Shown: positions 24,176 to 32,000 of the stretch, one piece after another | Layout of the letters: each line of letters opens with the position of its first letter | Numbering within the stretch: position 1 is the first letter of the stretch | From: an uncultured Actinomycetes bacterium | GTDB lineage: Bacteria; Actinomycetota; Actinomycetes; S36-B12; CAIYMF01 | Assembly: GCA_963843975.1 (NCBI GenBank) | Contig: CAWJMG010000003.1 | Location: forward strand, 780,001 to 812,000 | Direction of reading: 5' to 3' | Length of the DNA stretch: 32,000 nucleotides | The notes under the pieces: generated by a model | The model's database searches: none | Seen by the model: only the letters and a program-made list of their open reading frames with translations | Told to the model about the DNA's origin: nothing | Made by a program: the position numbers and the translations under genes

Positions 24176-25831
24176 ATGTCCCGTGTGAGTGCCACCCTGC
24201 AGACCCGAGGCCTGGCCGCCGCGTTCGGCGACCGCGAGCTCTTCGCCGGCCTCGACCTCGTCGTGGCCCCCGGCGACGTCGTCGGCCTCGTAGGCCCGAA
24301 CGGCGCCGGCAAGAGCACGCTCCTGAGGATCCTGGCCGGCGACCGGCGTCCAGACTCGGGCACCGTCACCCTCTCCCCCACGAACGCCCACATCGGCTAC
24401 CTCGTGCAGGAGGCCGAACGGCCTGAGGGCGAGACCGTGCGTGCGCAGCTCGAGCGGCGCACCGGAGTCGCCGAGGCGCTGGCGCACATGGACGAGCAGG
24501 CGCAGGGGCTCGCCGACGGCGTGGCCGGAGCCGACGACCGCTACTCCGACGCCCTCGACACCTGGCTCGCCCTCGGCGGCGCCGACTTCGACGAGCGGCT
24601 CGCGGTGGTCGTCGCCGACATCGGGCTCGACGTCGACCTCGACCTCGAGATGACGGCGCTCTCGGGCGGCCAGGCCGCACGCGTCGGGCTCGCGGCCCTG
24701 CTGCTCTCGCGGTACGACGTCTACCTGCTCGACGAGCCGACCAACGACCTCGACCCGGACGGCCTCGATCTGCTCGAGGAGTTCGTGCAGGGCCTCGAGG
24801 CACCCGTCGTGGTGGTCAGCCACGACCGCGAGTTCCTCGCACGCACCGTCACGAGTGTCGTCGAGATCGACCGGAGCCTGCAGCGGGTCACGGCGTACGG
24901 CGGCAGCTACGAGTCGTACCTCGAGGAGCGGTCGGTCGCCCGCCGCCGCGCGCGCGAGGCGTTCGAGGACTACGCCGGCCGCAAGGCCGAGCTCGAGGCG
25001 CGCGCCCGCATGCAGCGCGCCTGGATGGAGAAGGGCGTCAAGAACGCGCGGCGCAAGCAGAAGGACAACGACAAGGTCGGCCGCAAGTTCCGCACCGAGC
25101 AGACCGAGAAGCAGGCGTCCAAGGCGCGGCAGACCGAGAAGGCTCTCGAGCGTCTCGCCGTCGTCGACGAGCCGCGCAAGGAGTGGGTGCTGCAGTTCGA
25201 GATCGCGACGGCGCCCCGCTCGGGCGACGTCGTCGCCACGGCCCGCAACGCCATGGTGCAGCGCGGCTCGTTCACCCTCGGCCCGGTCGACCTCCAGCTC
25301 GACGTGCGCGACCGCGTCGCGGTCACGGGCCCCAACGGCGCCGGCAAGTCGACGCTGCTCGCGCTGCTGCTCGGCCGTACGCCGCCCACCTCCGGCATGG
25401 TCGGCCTCGGTTCAGGCGTCGTGGTCGGGGAGGTCGACCAGGCTCGGGCCGCCTTCGAGGGCGACGAGCCGCTCGCCGACGCGTTCGCCCGCGAGGTGCC
25501 GGACTGGCCCACGGCCGAGGTGCGCACGCTGCTGGCGAAGTTCGGCCTCGGGGCGCACCACGTCGGGCGCCCGGCGTCGTCGCTGTCGCCTGGCGAGCGC
25601 ACCCGCGCCGCGCTGGCGCTGCTGCAGGCGAACGGCGTCAACCTGCTGGTGCTCGACGAGCCCACGAACCATCTCGACCTGCCGGCGATCGAGCAGCTCG
25701 AGGACGCGCTCGAGTCGTTCCCGGGCACTGTCCTTCTCGTGACCCACGACCGTCGGATGCTCGACACCGTGCGGCTCACCCGACGCTGGCACGTCGACGG
25801 CGGCCAGGTGACCGAGATCGACCCCGGCTGA
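24176..25831 (+). CDS. ABC-F family ATPase (two ATP-binding cassettes, no membrane domain)
   Basis: Start at ATG 24176 inside track ORF 24110..25831. Two Walker A motifs (GPNGAGKSTLL twice), two signature motifs (LSGGQ, LSPGE), and a charged inter-domain linker (RRAREAFEDYAGRKAELEARARMQRAWMEKGVKNARRKQKD). Confidence 0.92.
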   Translation: MSRVSATLQTRGLAAAFGDRELFAGLDLVVAPGDVVGLVGPNGAGKSTLLRILAGDRRPDSGTVTLSPTNAHIGYLVQEAERPEGETVRAQLERRTGVAEALAHMDEQAQGLADGVAGADDRYSDALDTWLALGGADFDERLAVVVADIGLDVDLDLEMTALSGGQAARVGLAALLLSRYDVYLLDEPTNDLDPDGLDLLEEFVQGLEAPVVVVSHDREFLARTVTSVVEIDRSLQRVTAYGGSYESYLEERSVARRRAREAFEDYAGRKAELEARARMQRAWMEKGVKNARRKQKDNDKVGRKFRTEQTEKQASKARQTEKALERLAVVDEPRKEWVLQFEIATAPRSGDVVATARNAMVQRGSFTLGPVDLQLDVRDRVAVTGPNGAGKSTLLALLLGRTPPTSGMVGLGSGVVVGEVDQARAAFEGDEPLADAFAREVPDWPTAEVRTLLAKFGLGAHHVGRPASSLSPGERTRAALALLQANGVNLLVLDEPTNHLDLPAIEQLEDALESFPGTVLLVTHDRRMLDTVRLTRRWHVDGGQVTEIDPG

Positions 25832-25856
25832 GCGGTCGGCGCCGTACGGTGTCGGG

Positions 25857-26237
25857 ATGCCCACGATCTCGCTGGTCCTCGCCTCGCTCGCGGGGCTGCT
25901 GCACGTGTACTTCTTCCTCCTCGAGAGCGTGCTGTTCCGCAAGCCCTTCGCGCACCGCACGTTCGGGATCACGGACCCTGCCGAGGTAGAGACGCTGGCG
26001 TTCTCGATGCTCAACCAGGGCTTCTACAACCTCTTCCTCGCGGTCGGGACGCTGATCGGCGTCGTCGGCACCGTTCGCGGCTGGGAGCCGCAGGGTCCGA
26101 CGCTGGTCGCCTTCTGCTGCGCGTGCATGGTGGCGGCGGCGCTCGTGCTCGTGGTGGCGCGGCCGCGGATGGCGCGAGCCGCACTCGTGCAGGGCCTGCT
26201 GCCGTTGCTCGCACTGGTCCTCGCATGGCTGCTCTGA
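25857..26237 (+). CDS. DUF1304-like small membrane protein
   Basis: 126 aa. LAGLLHVYFFLLESVLF...NQGFYNLFLAVG matches my recollection of DUF1304. It has four hydrophobic segments. Confidence 0.8.
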   Translation: MPTISLVLASLAGLLHVYFFLLESVLFRKPFAHRTFGITDPAEVETLAFSMLNQGFYNLFLAVGTLIGVVGTVRGWEPQGPTLVAFCCACMVAAALVLVVARPRMARAALVQGLLPLLALVLAWLL

Positions 26238-26255
26238 GGTCGTAGCCTCCGGGGC

Positions 26256-26880
26256 ATGAGCATCCGCCTGTACAGCGAGGTCCCGGAGCAGCGTCGCAAG
26301 CAGATCGCGTCCGACGTGGTCGTCGTCCTGCTGATCGTCTTCTTCATCTGGGTCGGGAAGTTCGTCCACGACACCGTCGGCACCCTCGCCGTCCTCGCCA
26401 CGGGGGTGAAGGAGGCCGGCCTGACAGTGGAAGGCGGCTTCCAGTCCGTGGCCGACGCGGTGTCCGGCGTGCCCGTGGTCGGCGAGTCGATCGGCAACGC
26501 GATCGCCGGTGCCGGCGACGGCACGGGCGGCAACCTCGCCGAGGCTCGGGCAGTCCGGCGAGGACGCAGTGTTCACGGTGGCCCGCATCGTCGGGATCGT
26601 GACCGCGACCCTGCCGATCCTCGTGCTCCTCGCGGTCGTCCTGCCACGTCGGATCCGGCGGGTCCGGCACATGTCGGTGGCGTCGCGCGTGCTGGTCGAC
26701 CTGCACGACCCCGAGCGCCGTCGGCTGCTCGCGATGCGCGCGGCGTTCGGCCTCCCGTACGACGAGCTCCTCGCCTGGACGCCGGACCCGCTCGGCGACC
26801 TCGCGGCCGGGCGTCACGACGCCCTGGTGGCCGCAGCGCTCGCCGACGTCGGGCTCGTCGACCACGCGGTCGCCGCATGA
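26256..26880 (+). pseudogene. membrane protein of unknown function, reading frame broken at ~26544
   Basis: Frame 0 from ATG 26256 reads MSIRLYSEVPEQRRKQIASDVVVVLLIVFFIWVG...GNAIAGAGDGTGGNLAE, then turns into Arg-rich nonsense. The +1 frame (track ORF 26509..26880) continues LGQSGEDAVFTVARIVGIVTATLPILVLLAVVLPRRIRR... with GC3-rich codons. Its stop overlaps the next ATG (ATGA). Confidence 0.55.
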
Positions 26881-27353
26881 GCGCCGTACCCGACCTCGCC
26901 GTGTCGCGCCACGTCGCGGCGCCCCCGGACGCCGTCTGGCGCGCGGTGGCCGATCCGGCGCGCGTCACCGGCTGGTCGCCGGAGTCGGCGGGCGTCACGC
27001 GCGAGGACGGCGGTGACGGGCCGATGGTGGTCGGCACGCGGTTCGCAGGCGCGAACCGCAACGGCCTGTTCCGGTGGTCGACGAAGTGCCGGGTGGTCGA
27101 GTCGGCGGCGCCGTCGGCCTTCGCGTTCGACGTCACGTACGTCGGGCTCGCCGTCGCGCGCTGGCGCTACCTCATCGAGCCCGCCGATGGCGGCAGCCTC
27201 GTTCGCGAGGAGTGGTACGACCACCGGGGCGCGCTCATGAAGCTGCTGGGCACGGTCGGCACGGGTGTCGCAGACCGCGAGACGCACAACCGGGGCACCA
27301 TGGAGGCGACGCTCGACGCCCTCGCGCGCGAGCTCGGACGGACGGAGGCCTGA
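26877..27353 (+). CDS. SRPBCC (polyketide cyclase/dehydrase-like) family protein
   Basis: 158 aa from ATG 26877, the tail of track ORF 26256..27353. RHVAAPPDAVWRAVADPARVTGWSPE...RWRYLIEP is typical SRPBCC. Confidence 0.75.
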   Translation: MSAVPDLAVSRHVAAPPDAVWRAVADPARVTGWSPESAGVTREDGGDGPMVVGTRFAGANRNGLFRWSTKCRVVESAAPSAFAFDVTYVGLAVARWRYLIEPADGGSLVREEWYDHRGALMKLLGTVGTGVADRETHNRGTMEATLDALARELGRTEA

Positions 27354-27354
27354 C

Positions 27355-27579
27355 ATGTGCCGGAGCATCAAGACGCTGCGTCCGCCGTACGCCGACGACG
27401 TCACCGACGACGACGTGCGCGCCGCGGCGCTCCAGTACGTGCGCAAGATCGCCGGCATGCGGGCGCCGTCGGCGGCCAACCGGGAGGCCTTCGACCGCGC
27501 GGTCGACGAGATAGCGCGAGCGACTGCCGAACTGCTCGACGATGTCGTCGTGCGCCCGCGCCCGATCGCGTCCGACTGA
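27355..27579 (+). CDS. DUF2277-like small protein
   Basis: 74 aa from ATG 27355. MCRSIKTLRPPYADDVTDDDVRAAALQYVRKIAGMRAPSAANREAFDRAVDEIA matches the DUF2277 pattern as I recall it. Confidence 0.8.
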   Translation: MCRSIKTLRPPYADDVTDDDVRAAALQYVRKIAGMRAPSAANREAFDRAVDEIARATAELLDDVVVRPRPIASD

Positions 27580-27619
27580 CCGCACGCATCCGGGCGGCGC
27601 GGAGGGCTAGCGTCGGGGT

Positions 27620-28351
27620 GTGACCGACCCAGCGGGCGGCATCGCCGCCGTGCACGTGCAAGGACTCACCGTCGTACGAGGCGGCGTCACGGCGCTGGAC
27701 GACGTCACGCTCACTGTCCCTGCAGGGCAGGTGACCGGGCTGCTCGGCCCCAGCGGCTGCGGCAAGACGACGCTCATGCGCTCGATCGTCGGGGTCCAGG
27801 TGATTGGGTCGGGCAGCGTGACGGTGCTCGGCGAGGAGGCCGGGACGCCGTCCCTGCGTGCACGCGTCGCCTACGTGACCCAGGCGCCCTCGGTCTACTC
27901 CGACCTCACGGTGCGGGGGAACCTGCGCTACTTCGCCACCATCCTCGGAGCACCTGAAGCCGCCGTCGAGCAGGCGATCGACGACGTCGACCTGCGCCCG
28001 GAGGCCGATCGGCTCGTCGGGCGCCTGTCGGGCGGGCAGCGCGGCCGGGTGTCGCTGGCGACGGCGCTGCTCGGCTCCCCCGACCTCCTGGTCCTCGACG
28101 AGCCGACCGTCGGGCTCGACCCCGTCCTGCGACGGGATCTCTGGGCGCTGTTCCACCGACTGGCCGATGCCGGCGCGACCCTGCTGGTGTCGAGCCACGT
28201 CATGGACGAGGCGACGCGCTGCCAGCGACTGGTCCTGATGCGCGCCGGACGGGTGCTCGCCGACGGGACTCCCGCTGCGCTGCTCGAACGCACCGGCGCC
28301 TCCGACATGGAGTCCGCGTTCCTGTCGCTCATCGACGGGAGCGAGGCATGA
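27620..28351 (+). CDS. ABC transporter ATP-binding protein (ABC-2/DrrA-like exporter)
   Basis: 243 aa. Walker A GPSGCGKTT, signature LSGGQRGR, Walker B LLVLDEPTVGLD, H-loop SSHVMDE. Confidence 0.92.
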   Translation: MTDPAGGIAAVHVQGLTVVRGGVTALDDVTLTVPAGQVTGLLGPSGCGKTTLMRSIVGVQVIGSGSVTVLGEEAGTPSLRARVAYVTQAPSVYSDLTVRGNLRYFATILGAPEAAVEQAIDDVDLRPEADRLVGRLSGGQRGRVSLATALLGSPDLLVLDEPTVGLDPVLRRDLWALFHRLADAGATLLVSSHVMDEATRCQRLVLMRAGRVLADGTPAALLERTGASDMESAFLSLIDGSEA

Positions 28352-29079
28352 GCGCCCGGCGCACCATCGCCACTGCACGACGCGTCCTCGGCCAGCTGCG
28401 CCACGACCACCGGACCGTCGCGCTGATCCTCGTCGTCCCCGTCGCCCTGCTGGCGCTGCTCGCGTGGATCCTGCCGGACCCGGCGTTCCAGTCGTGGGCG
28501 CCGCCGCTGCTCGGCGTCTTCCCCATGCTCGTGATGTTCCTGACGACGTCGGTCGCGACGCTCCGCGAGCGCACCGGCGGGACGCTCGAGCGGCTCCTGT
28601 CGATGCCGATCGGCAAGGGCGACTTCGTCTTCGGATACGCGCTCGCCTTCGGGGCGCTCGCCGTCGTCCAGTCGCTGCTCGTCGGCGCGGTCACCTTCGG
28701 CCTCCTGGGGCTCGAGGTGGCGGGCTCCGCCTGGCTCGTGGTGCTCGTCGCGGTGATCGACGGCCTCATCGGCACAGCCCTCGGCCTGTTCGTGAGCGCG
28801 TTCGCGCAGACCGAGTTCCAGGCCGTGCAGTTCATGCCCGTAGTCCTTCTGCCGCAGCTGCTGATCTCCGGCCTGATCGTGCCGACCGACCAGCTGCCGA
28901 CCGTGCTCGAGTGGTTCTCGTGGGTCCTCCCGCTGACGTACGCGATCGACGCCATGAACCACGTGGCCACCGAGGCCTCGCCCGACGCCCGGTTCTGGAT
29001 CGACGTCGCCGTCATCGTCGCGATGGCCCTCGGCCTGCTCGCTGCCGGCGCCGGGACGCTCCGACGCCGGACGCGCTGA
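28348..29079 (+). CDS. ABC-2 type transporter permease
   Basis: 243 aa. ATGA overlap with the ATPase gene. Six hydrophobic segments and the ERTGGTLERLLSMP block common in ABC-2 permeases. Confidence 0.85.
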   Translation: MSARRTIATARRVLGQLRHDHRTVALILVVPVALLALLAWILPDPAFQSWAPPLLGVFPMLVMFLTTSVATLRERTGGTLERLLSMPIGKGDFVFGYALAFGALAVVQSLLVGAVTFGLLGLEVAGSAWLVVLVAVIDGLIGTALGLFVSAFAQTEFQAVQFMPVVLLPQLLISGLIVPTDQLPTVLEWFSWVLPLTYAIDAMNHVATEASPDARFWIDVAVIVAMALGLLAAGAGTLRRRTR

Positions 29080-29092
29080 CGCAGCAGCCTCG

Positions 29093-29596
29093 CTAGCGCA
29101 GCCGTCGGAGCCAGCGCAGCAGCCTGCCCTCCTCCGCCATGACCTCGCCCACCTGGTCGAAGCCGCAGCGCTCGAGCACCCGGTGCGACGCCGTGTTGTC
29201 CGGATCGGTCATGGCCTCGACACCGGCCGCACCGTGCGCCGCAGCCCAGCCGAGCACGGCCGCCAGGGCCTCGGTCGCGAGCCCTTGGTGCTGTGCCGAC
29301 TCAGCCAGCCCATAGCCGACCTCGACGATGCCGTCGCGATCGGGCGCGGACAGGAAGCCGACGCCGCCGACGGCCTCGCCTGTCGATCCGAGCCGGATCT
29401 GCAGCGGCCCGAGCGCCGAGTCGACGTCGTAGTGGTCGCCGGCCTCCCCCACGACGGCGGCGACGACGCGGTCGCCCTCGGTCGGGTAGTCGGCAGCCCA
29501 CGTCCGACCGCTGCGGTCGTCGGCGCGGATGGCCGCGGCCTCCTCGAGGCTGAGGGCCTCGAGGACGAGCCGAGCGGTGACGATCCTCGTCGGCAC
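29093..29596 (-). CDS. GNAT family N-acetyltransferase (RimJ/RimL-like)
   Basis: 167 aa from GTG 29596. Only the C-terminal part of track ORF 29093..30220 is protein-like: TARLVLEALSLEEAAAI...VGYGLAESAQHQGLATEALAAVLGWA...ASHRVLERCGF. Confidence 0.85.
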   Translation of the reverse strand: MPTRIVTARLVLEALSLEEAAAIRADDRSGRTWAADYPTEGDRVVAAVVGEAGDHYDVDSALGPLQIRLGSTGEAVGGVGFLSAPDRDGIVEVGYGLAESAQHQGLATEALAAVLGWAAAHGAAGVEAMTDPDNTASHRVLERCGFDQVGEVMAEEGRLLRWLRRLR

Positions 29597-29598
29597 GG

Positions 29599-30126
29599 CT
29601 AGGGCAGGACGCCGACGTGCGCCAGCGCCAGGCGCAGCAGACGGTCCTGACCGCCCGTCATCTCGACGGCCACGCCCTCGCCCGCGGCCTCCTCGGGCGT
29701 CATCCACTGCAGGTCGAGCGCGGACGCCGACGGCACGCAGTCGCCGCTCACCGGCACGACGAACGCCAGCGAGACCGCGTGCTGCCGCGGGTCGTGGAAG
29801 CCGGTGACGGTCGGGTCGGGGAAGTACTCGGCGATCGTGAACGGCTGCGGGGCGGCGGGCAGCTGTGGCAGCGCCATCGACCCGAGATCCTTCTCGAGGT
29901 GGCGCACGAGCGCGTCGCGGACGCGCTCGCCGTAGTGCACACGGCCCGACACCGGCGCACGGCTGATGGATCCGTCGGGCATCGCCCGGAGCAGCAGCCC
30001 GACGGAGACGACGACCCCGCGGTCGTCGACGCGGACCGGGAAGGCGTCGACGTACACCATCGGGACGCGGTCGCGCGCCTGCTCGAGGTCGTCGTGGGGC
30101 AGCCACCCTGCACGGGCATCGGTCAT
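29599..30126 (-). CDS. NUDIX-fold protein with a degenerate Nudix box
   Basis: 175 aa from ATG 30126, inside track ORF 29599..30510. GRVHYGERVRDALVRHLEKDLG fits Gx5Ex7R.U.E..G only partially. Confidence 0.65.
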   Translation of the reverse strand: MTDARAGWLPHDDLEQARDRVPMVYVDAFPVRVDDRGVVVSVGLLLRAMPDGSISRAPVSGRVHYGERVRDALVRHLEKDLGSMALPQLPAAPQPFTIAEYFPDPTVTGFHDPRQHAVSLAFVVPVSGDCVPSASALDLQWMTPEEAAGEGVAVEMTGGQDRLLRLALAHVGVLP

Positions 30127-30243
30127 CTCGCTCACGGACCCACGGTACGGCGCCCGGGTCGACGTCCCGCAGGTGGACGCCCCGCGGCGCGCCGCGAAAG
30201 CCCCGGATCGCCCGGCGCACCCGGCGCGGGGCAGGATGGGCGC

Positions 30244-30642
30244 ATGCGACTCACGCTTCGTGCCGACGGGGCTGCCGACCTCGACCTGGTCTGGCAGCGC
30301 TACTCCGTCCCGGAGCTGTGGAGCACGTGGGCGCCGCAGATCCGTCGCGTCGAGTGCTCCGCCGAGCGCCTCGCGGTCGGGGTCACCGGCATGGTCTTCG
30401 GCGTCATCCCCAACATCGGCGCCGGCTTCGAGGTCGTCGAGTACGACGAGGAGCACTGGCGCTGGTCGTGGGACGTCGTCGCCGGGCCCGTGCGGATGCA
30501 CCTCGACCACCGCAGCGAGGCGAGGATCGGCGGCGGCACCAGCACGGCGCTCGTCGTCGACGGCCCTGCAGCGGCGGTCATGACCTACGCCCCCGTCGCG
30601 CGCATCTCGCTCGAGAGCCTGGTGCGACCCCCCAAGAAGTGA
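30244..30642 (+). CDS. SRPBCC-like small protein
   Basis: 132 aa from ATG 30244, the tail of track ORF 29617..30642. The assignment rests on size and a weak pattern resemblance only. Confidence 0.55.
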   Translation: MRLTLRADGAADLDLVWQRYSVPELWSTWAPQIRRVECSAERLAVGVTGMVFGVIPNIGAGFEVVEYDEEHWRWSWDVVAGPVRMHLDHRSEARIGGGTSTALVVDGPAAAVMTYAPVARISLESLVRPPKK

Positions 30643-30648
30643 TGCGGC

Positions 30649-31126
30649 TCAGGCGTTCTCGGGCCGCTTGTTCGGCTTGAGGGTCCACAGCACGGTCACG
30701 GCGCCGGTCACGAGCCGCTCGTCCCCCTCGCCCGTCGTGCAGCTCGACCTCGACGTGGAATTCCGGCCTCCCACCAGCCTTCAGCGTGGCCAGCACAGCA
30801 TCGGCCTTCGAGGCCATGTGCGCCGTCGCCGTCACAGGGCCGCGCGCGACCTTGAGGTACTTGATGGTCGCCTCGACGGCGAGCGGGGTGACCTCGCCCA
30901 GCATCTCGCCGTAGTTCGAGAGCACGATCGCCCCGGACGCCGTCTCGGCGAGGGTGAACATCGCGCCGGCGTGCAGGCCACCGATGTGGTTGTGGTACCT
31001 CGCGTCGTCGGGCATGCGGACCACCGCGTGCTGCGGGGTGAGCTCGAGGTACTCCAGGCCGAGGGTGCCGACCATCGGGACGGCGGTGGGCATGGTCGAG
31101 CGGACGGTGTCGAGGTCGAGTGCCAT
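30649..31126 (-). pseudogene. hotdog-fold thioesterase (PaaI/DUF4442-like), reading frame broken at ~30730
   Basis: From ATG 31126: MALDLDTVRSTMP...YHNHIGGLHAGAMFTLAETASGAIVL...EFHVEVELHDG, then nonsense. The +1 frame continues EGDERLVTGAVTVLWTLKPNKRPENA to TGA at 30651-30649. One extra base lies near 30730, between G/C runs. Confidence 0.7.
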
Positions 31127-31157
31127 GCGGACGACCCTACGCGTTAGCGTCGCCTGC

Positions 31158-31703
31158 ATGCCGTCCCAGGAGCAGCCTCTCGAGCCTCCCGAGAGGGAAG
31201 GCCAGCCTGACCGGCCGACGGTGGTCGTCTTCGACGTCGACGGAGTGCTGGCCGACGTACGGCACCGGCTGCACCACGTGGAGACCAAGCCGAAGGACTG
31301 GCCTGCGTTCTTCGGCGCCATGTCTGAGGACGCCGCCCTGCCCGAGGGCGTGGCCCTCGCACGTGAGCACGCGGCAGCCGGCCACGCGATCGTCTACCTG
31401 ACCGGGCGCAACGAGACCTACCGTGGCGTCACCGAGGCATGGTTCGCCGAGCACGGCCTCCCTGCAGGCCGCCTGGTGATGCGCCGGGACGACGACCGCC
31501 GCCCTGCGCGGTTCTTCAAGCCGCAGGCCCTCGCCCGCATCGCGCGCAACGCCACGGTGGTCGCCGTCGTCGACGACGACACCGCGGTGGTCGAGGTGCT
31601 GCGCCGCGACGGCTGGCCCGTCGTGCACGCCACCTGGATGCGAGCCGCGCAGGACCAGCAGCAGACGCTCTTCGACGCACAGGAGACCGACGGCCGCACC
31701 TGA
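31158..31703 (+). CDS. HAD-superfamily phosphatase-like protein
   Basis: 181 aa from ATG 31158. Motif I VVVFDVDGVLAD, motif II YLTGR, and a C-terminal VVDDD. Confidence 0.7.
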   Translation: MPSQEQPLEPPEREGQPDRPTVVVFDVDGVLADVRHRLHHVETKPKDWPAFFGAMSEDAALPEGVALAREHAAAGHAIVYLTGRNETYRGVTEAWFAEHGLPAGRLVMRRDDDRRPARFFKPQALARIARNATVVAVVDDDTAVVEVLRRDGWPVVHATWMRAAQDQQQTLFDAQETDGRT

Positions 31704-31707
31704 CAGC

Positions 31708-31740
31708 GGGCCGGGGCGATCGCGGTGATCGCCCCGGCCC
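31708..31740. terminator. bidirectional 14-bp-stem hairpin between convergent genes
   Basis: GGGCCGGGGCGATC-GCGGT-GATCGCCCCGGCCC, a perfect stem. It lies 5 nt after the HAD stop and 18 nt after the rtcB stop. Confidence 0.65.
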
Positions 31741-31757
31741 TCTCCCTGCCCGGGAGG

Positions 31758-32000
31758 TCAGACGCCCTTGTAGTTGAGGACCTGCGACAGCGTGCGCACG
31801 GGGCGCACGAGGTCGCGCTGGTCCTCCATCACCTGGTCGATGTCCTTGTAGGCGAGCGGGTGCTCGTCGACCAGACGCTCGGCGTCGGCGTCGTTCCAGC
31901 TGCGCCCCTCCATCGCCTCGCGCAGCGAGGCGACCGACAGCGTCTTGTTCGCCGCCGTGCGTGAGAGGCGGCGACCGGCACCGTGCGAGCAGGACTCGTA
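31758..32000 (-). CDS. rtcB: RtcB family RNA ligase, C-terminal 80 codons (gene continues past the right edge)
   Basis: Reverse-strand translation reads YESCSHGAGRRLSRTAANKTLS...LVDEHPLAYKDIDQVMEDQRDLVRPVRTLSQVLNYKGV then stop (TGA at 31760-31758). This is the conserved RtcB C-terminus with the SHGAGR motif. It is not in the ORF track, whose 31725..31964 + ORF is the antisense shadow. Confidence 0.85.
   Translation of the reverse strand, partial: YESCSHGAGRRLSRTAANKTLSVASLREAMEGRSWNDADAERLVDEHPLAYKDIDQVMEDQRDLVRPVRTLSQVLNYKGV

Noticed and set aside
23038-24393. 451-aa minus-strand ORF opposite the EamA and ABC-F genes; similar shadows at 24011..24823, 24970..25779, 27401..28378 and 27928..28962
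   Set aside because: Arg/Asp/Glu/Gly-rich with no motifs. Each is antisense to a well-supported gene.
29597-30220. N-terminal 208 aa of track ORF 29093..30220, and the first 209 aa of 29617..30642
   Set aside because: Arg/Pro/Ala nonsense overlapping the NUDIX-like gene on the same or opposite strand. Only the distal parts (GNAT from 29596, SRPBCC-like from 30244) look like proteins.
1-32000. CRISPR arrays, rRNA genes, toxin-antitoxin pairs, phage structural genes
   Set aside because: I saw no regularly spaced direct repeats, no rRNA-like sequence, and no small two-gene modules or capsid/terminase-like proteins on either strand.

Overview
High-G+C actinobacterial chromosomal window. No tools were run: products are inferred from motifs I recognise in the supplied ORF translations, and non-ORF coordinates were cross-checked against ORF-track frames. 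The backbone (1-5554 and 17233-32000) carries ordinary housekeeping and accessory genes: uppP, an LLM oxidoreductase, an aldo/keto reductase, a degenerate RecD-like protein, DUF5703, an M20 peptidase, a cell-wall glycopolymer cluster, GNATs, flavodoxin, EamA, ABC-F, an ABC-2 exporter pair, NUDIX-like, SRPBCC, hotdog, HAD and an rtcB 3' end.

The main feature is an 11.7-kb integrated element (5531-17232) in the 3' end of tRNA-Leu(GAG), bounded by a perfect 25-bp direct repeat. It encodes a tyrosine integrase, an excisionase, a MobF/TrwC relaxase-helicase, an internally deleted IS256-family transposase relic, and lower-G+C cargo. The cargo is three small secreted or anchored proteins of unknown function plus a translationally coupled operon (secreted protein, ABC ATPase, two atypical membrane proteins), which is the best candidate for an undescribed system. 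A TGGTCAC-N5-TGGTCAC motif occurs just inside both ends and once in the middle of the island, next to fragments of the att core. This suggests integrase arm sites and a composite (tandem-accretion) structure.

Other observations: a ~180-bp imperfect palindrome in a convergent intergenic region, and four backbone genes each interrupted by an apparent single extra base (+1 frame breaks), which may be sequencing errors or real pseudogenes. No CRISPR arrays or rRNA genes were seen. Many long ORFs in the track are antisense or off-frame artefacts of high G+C content.
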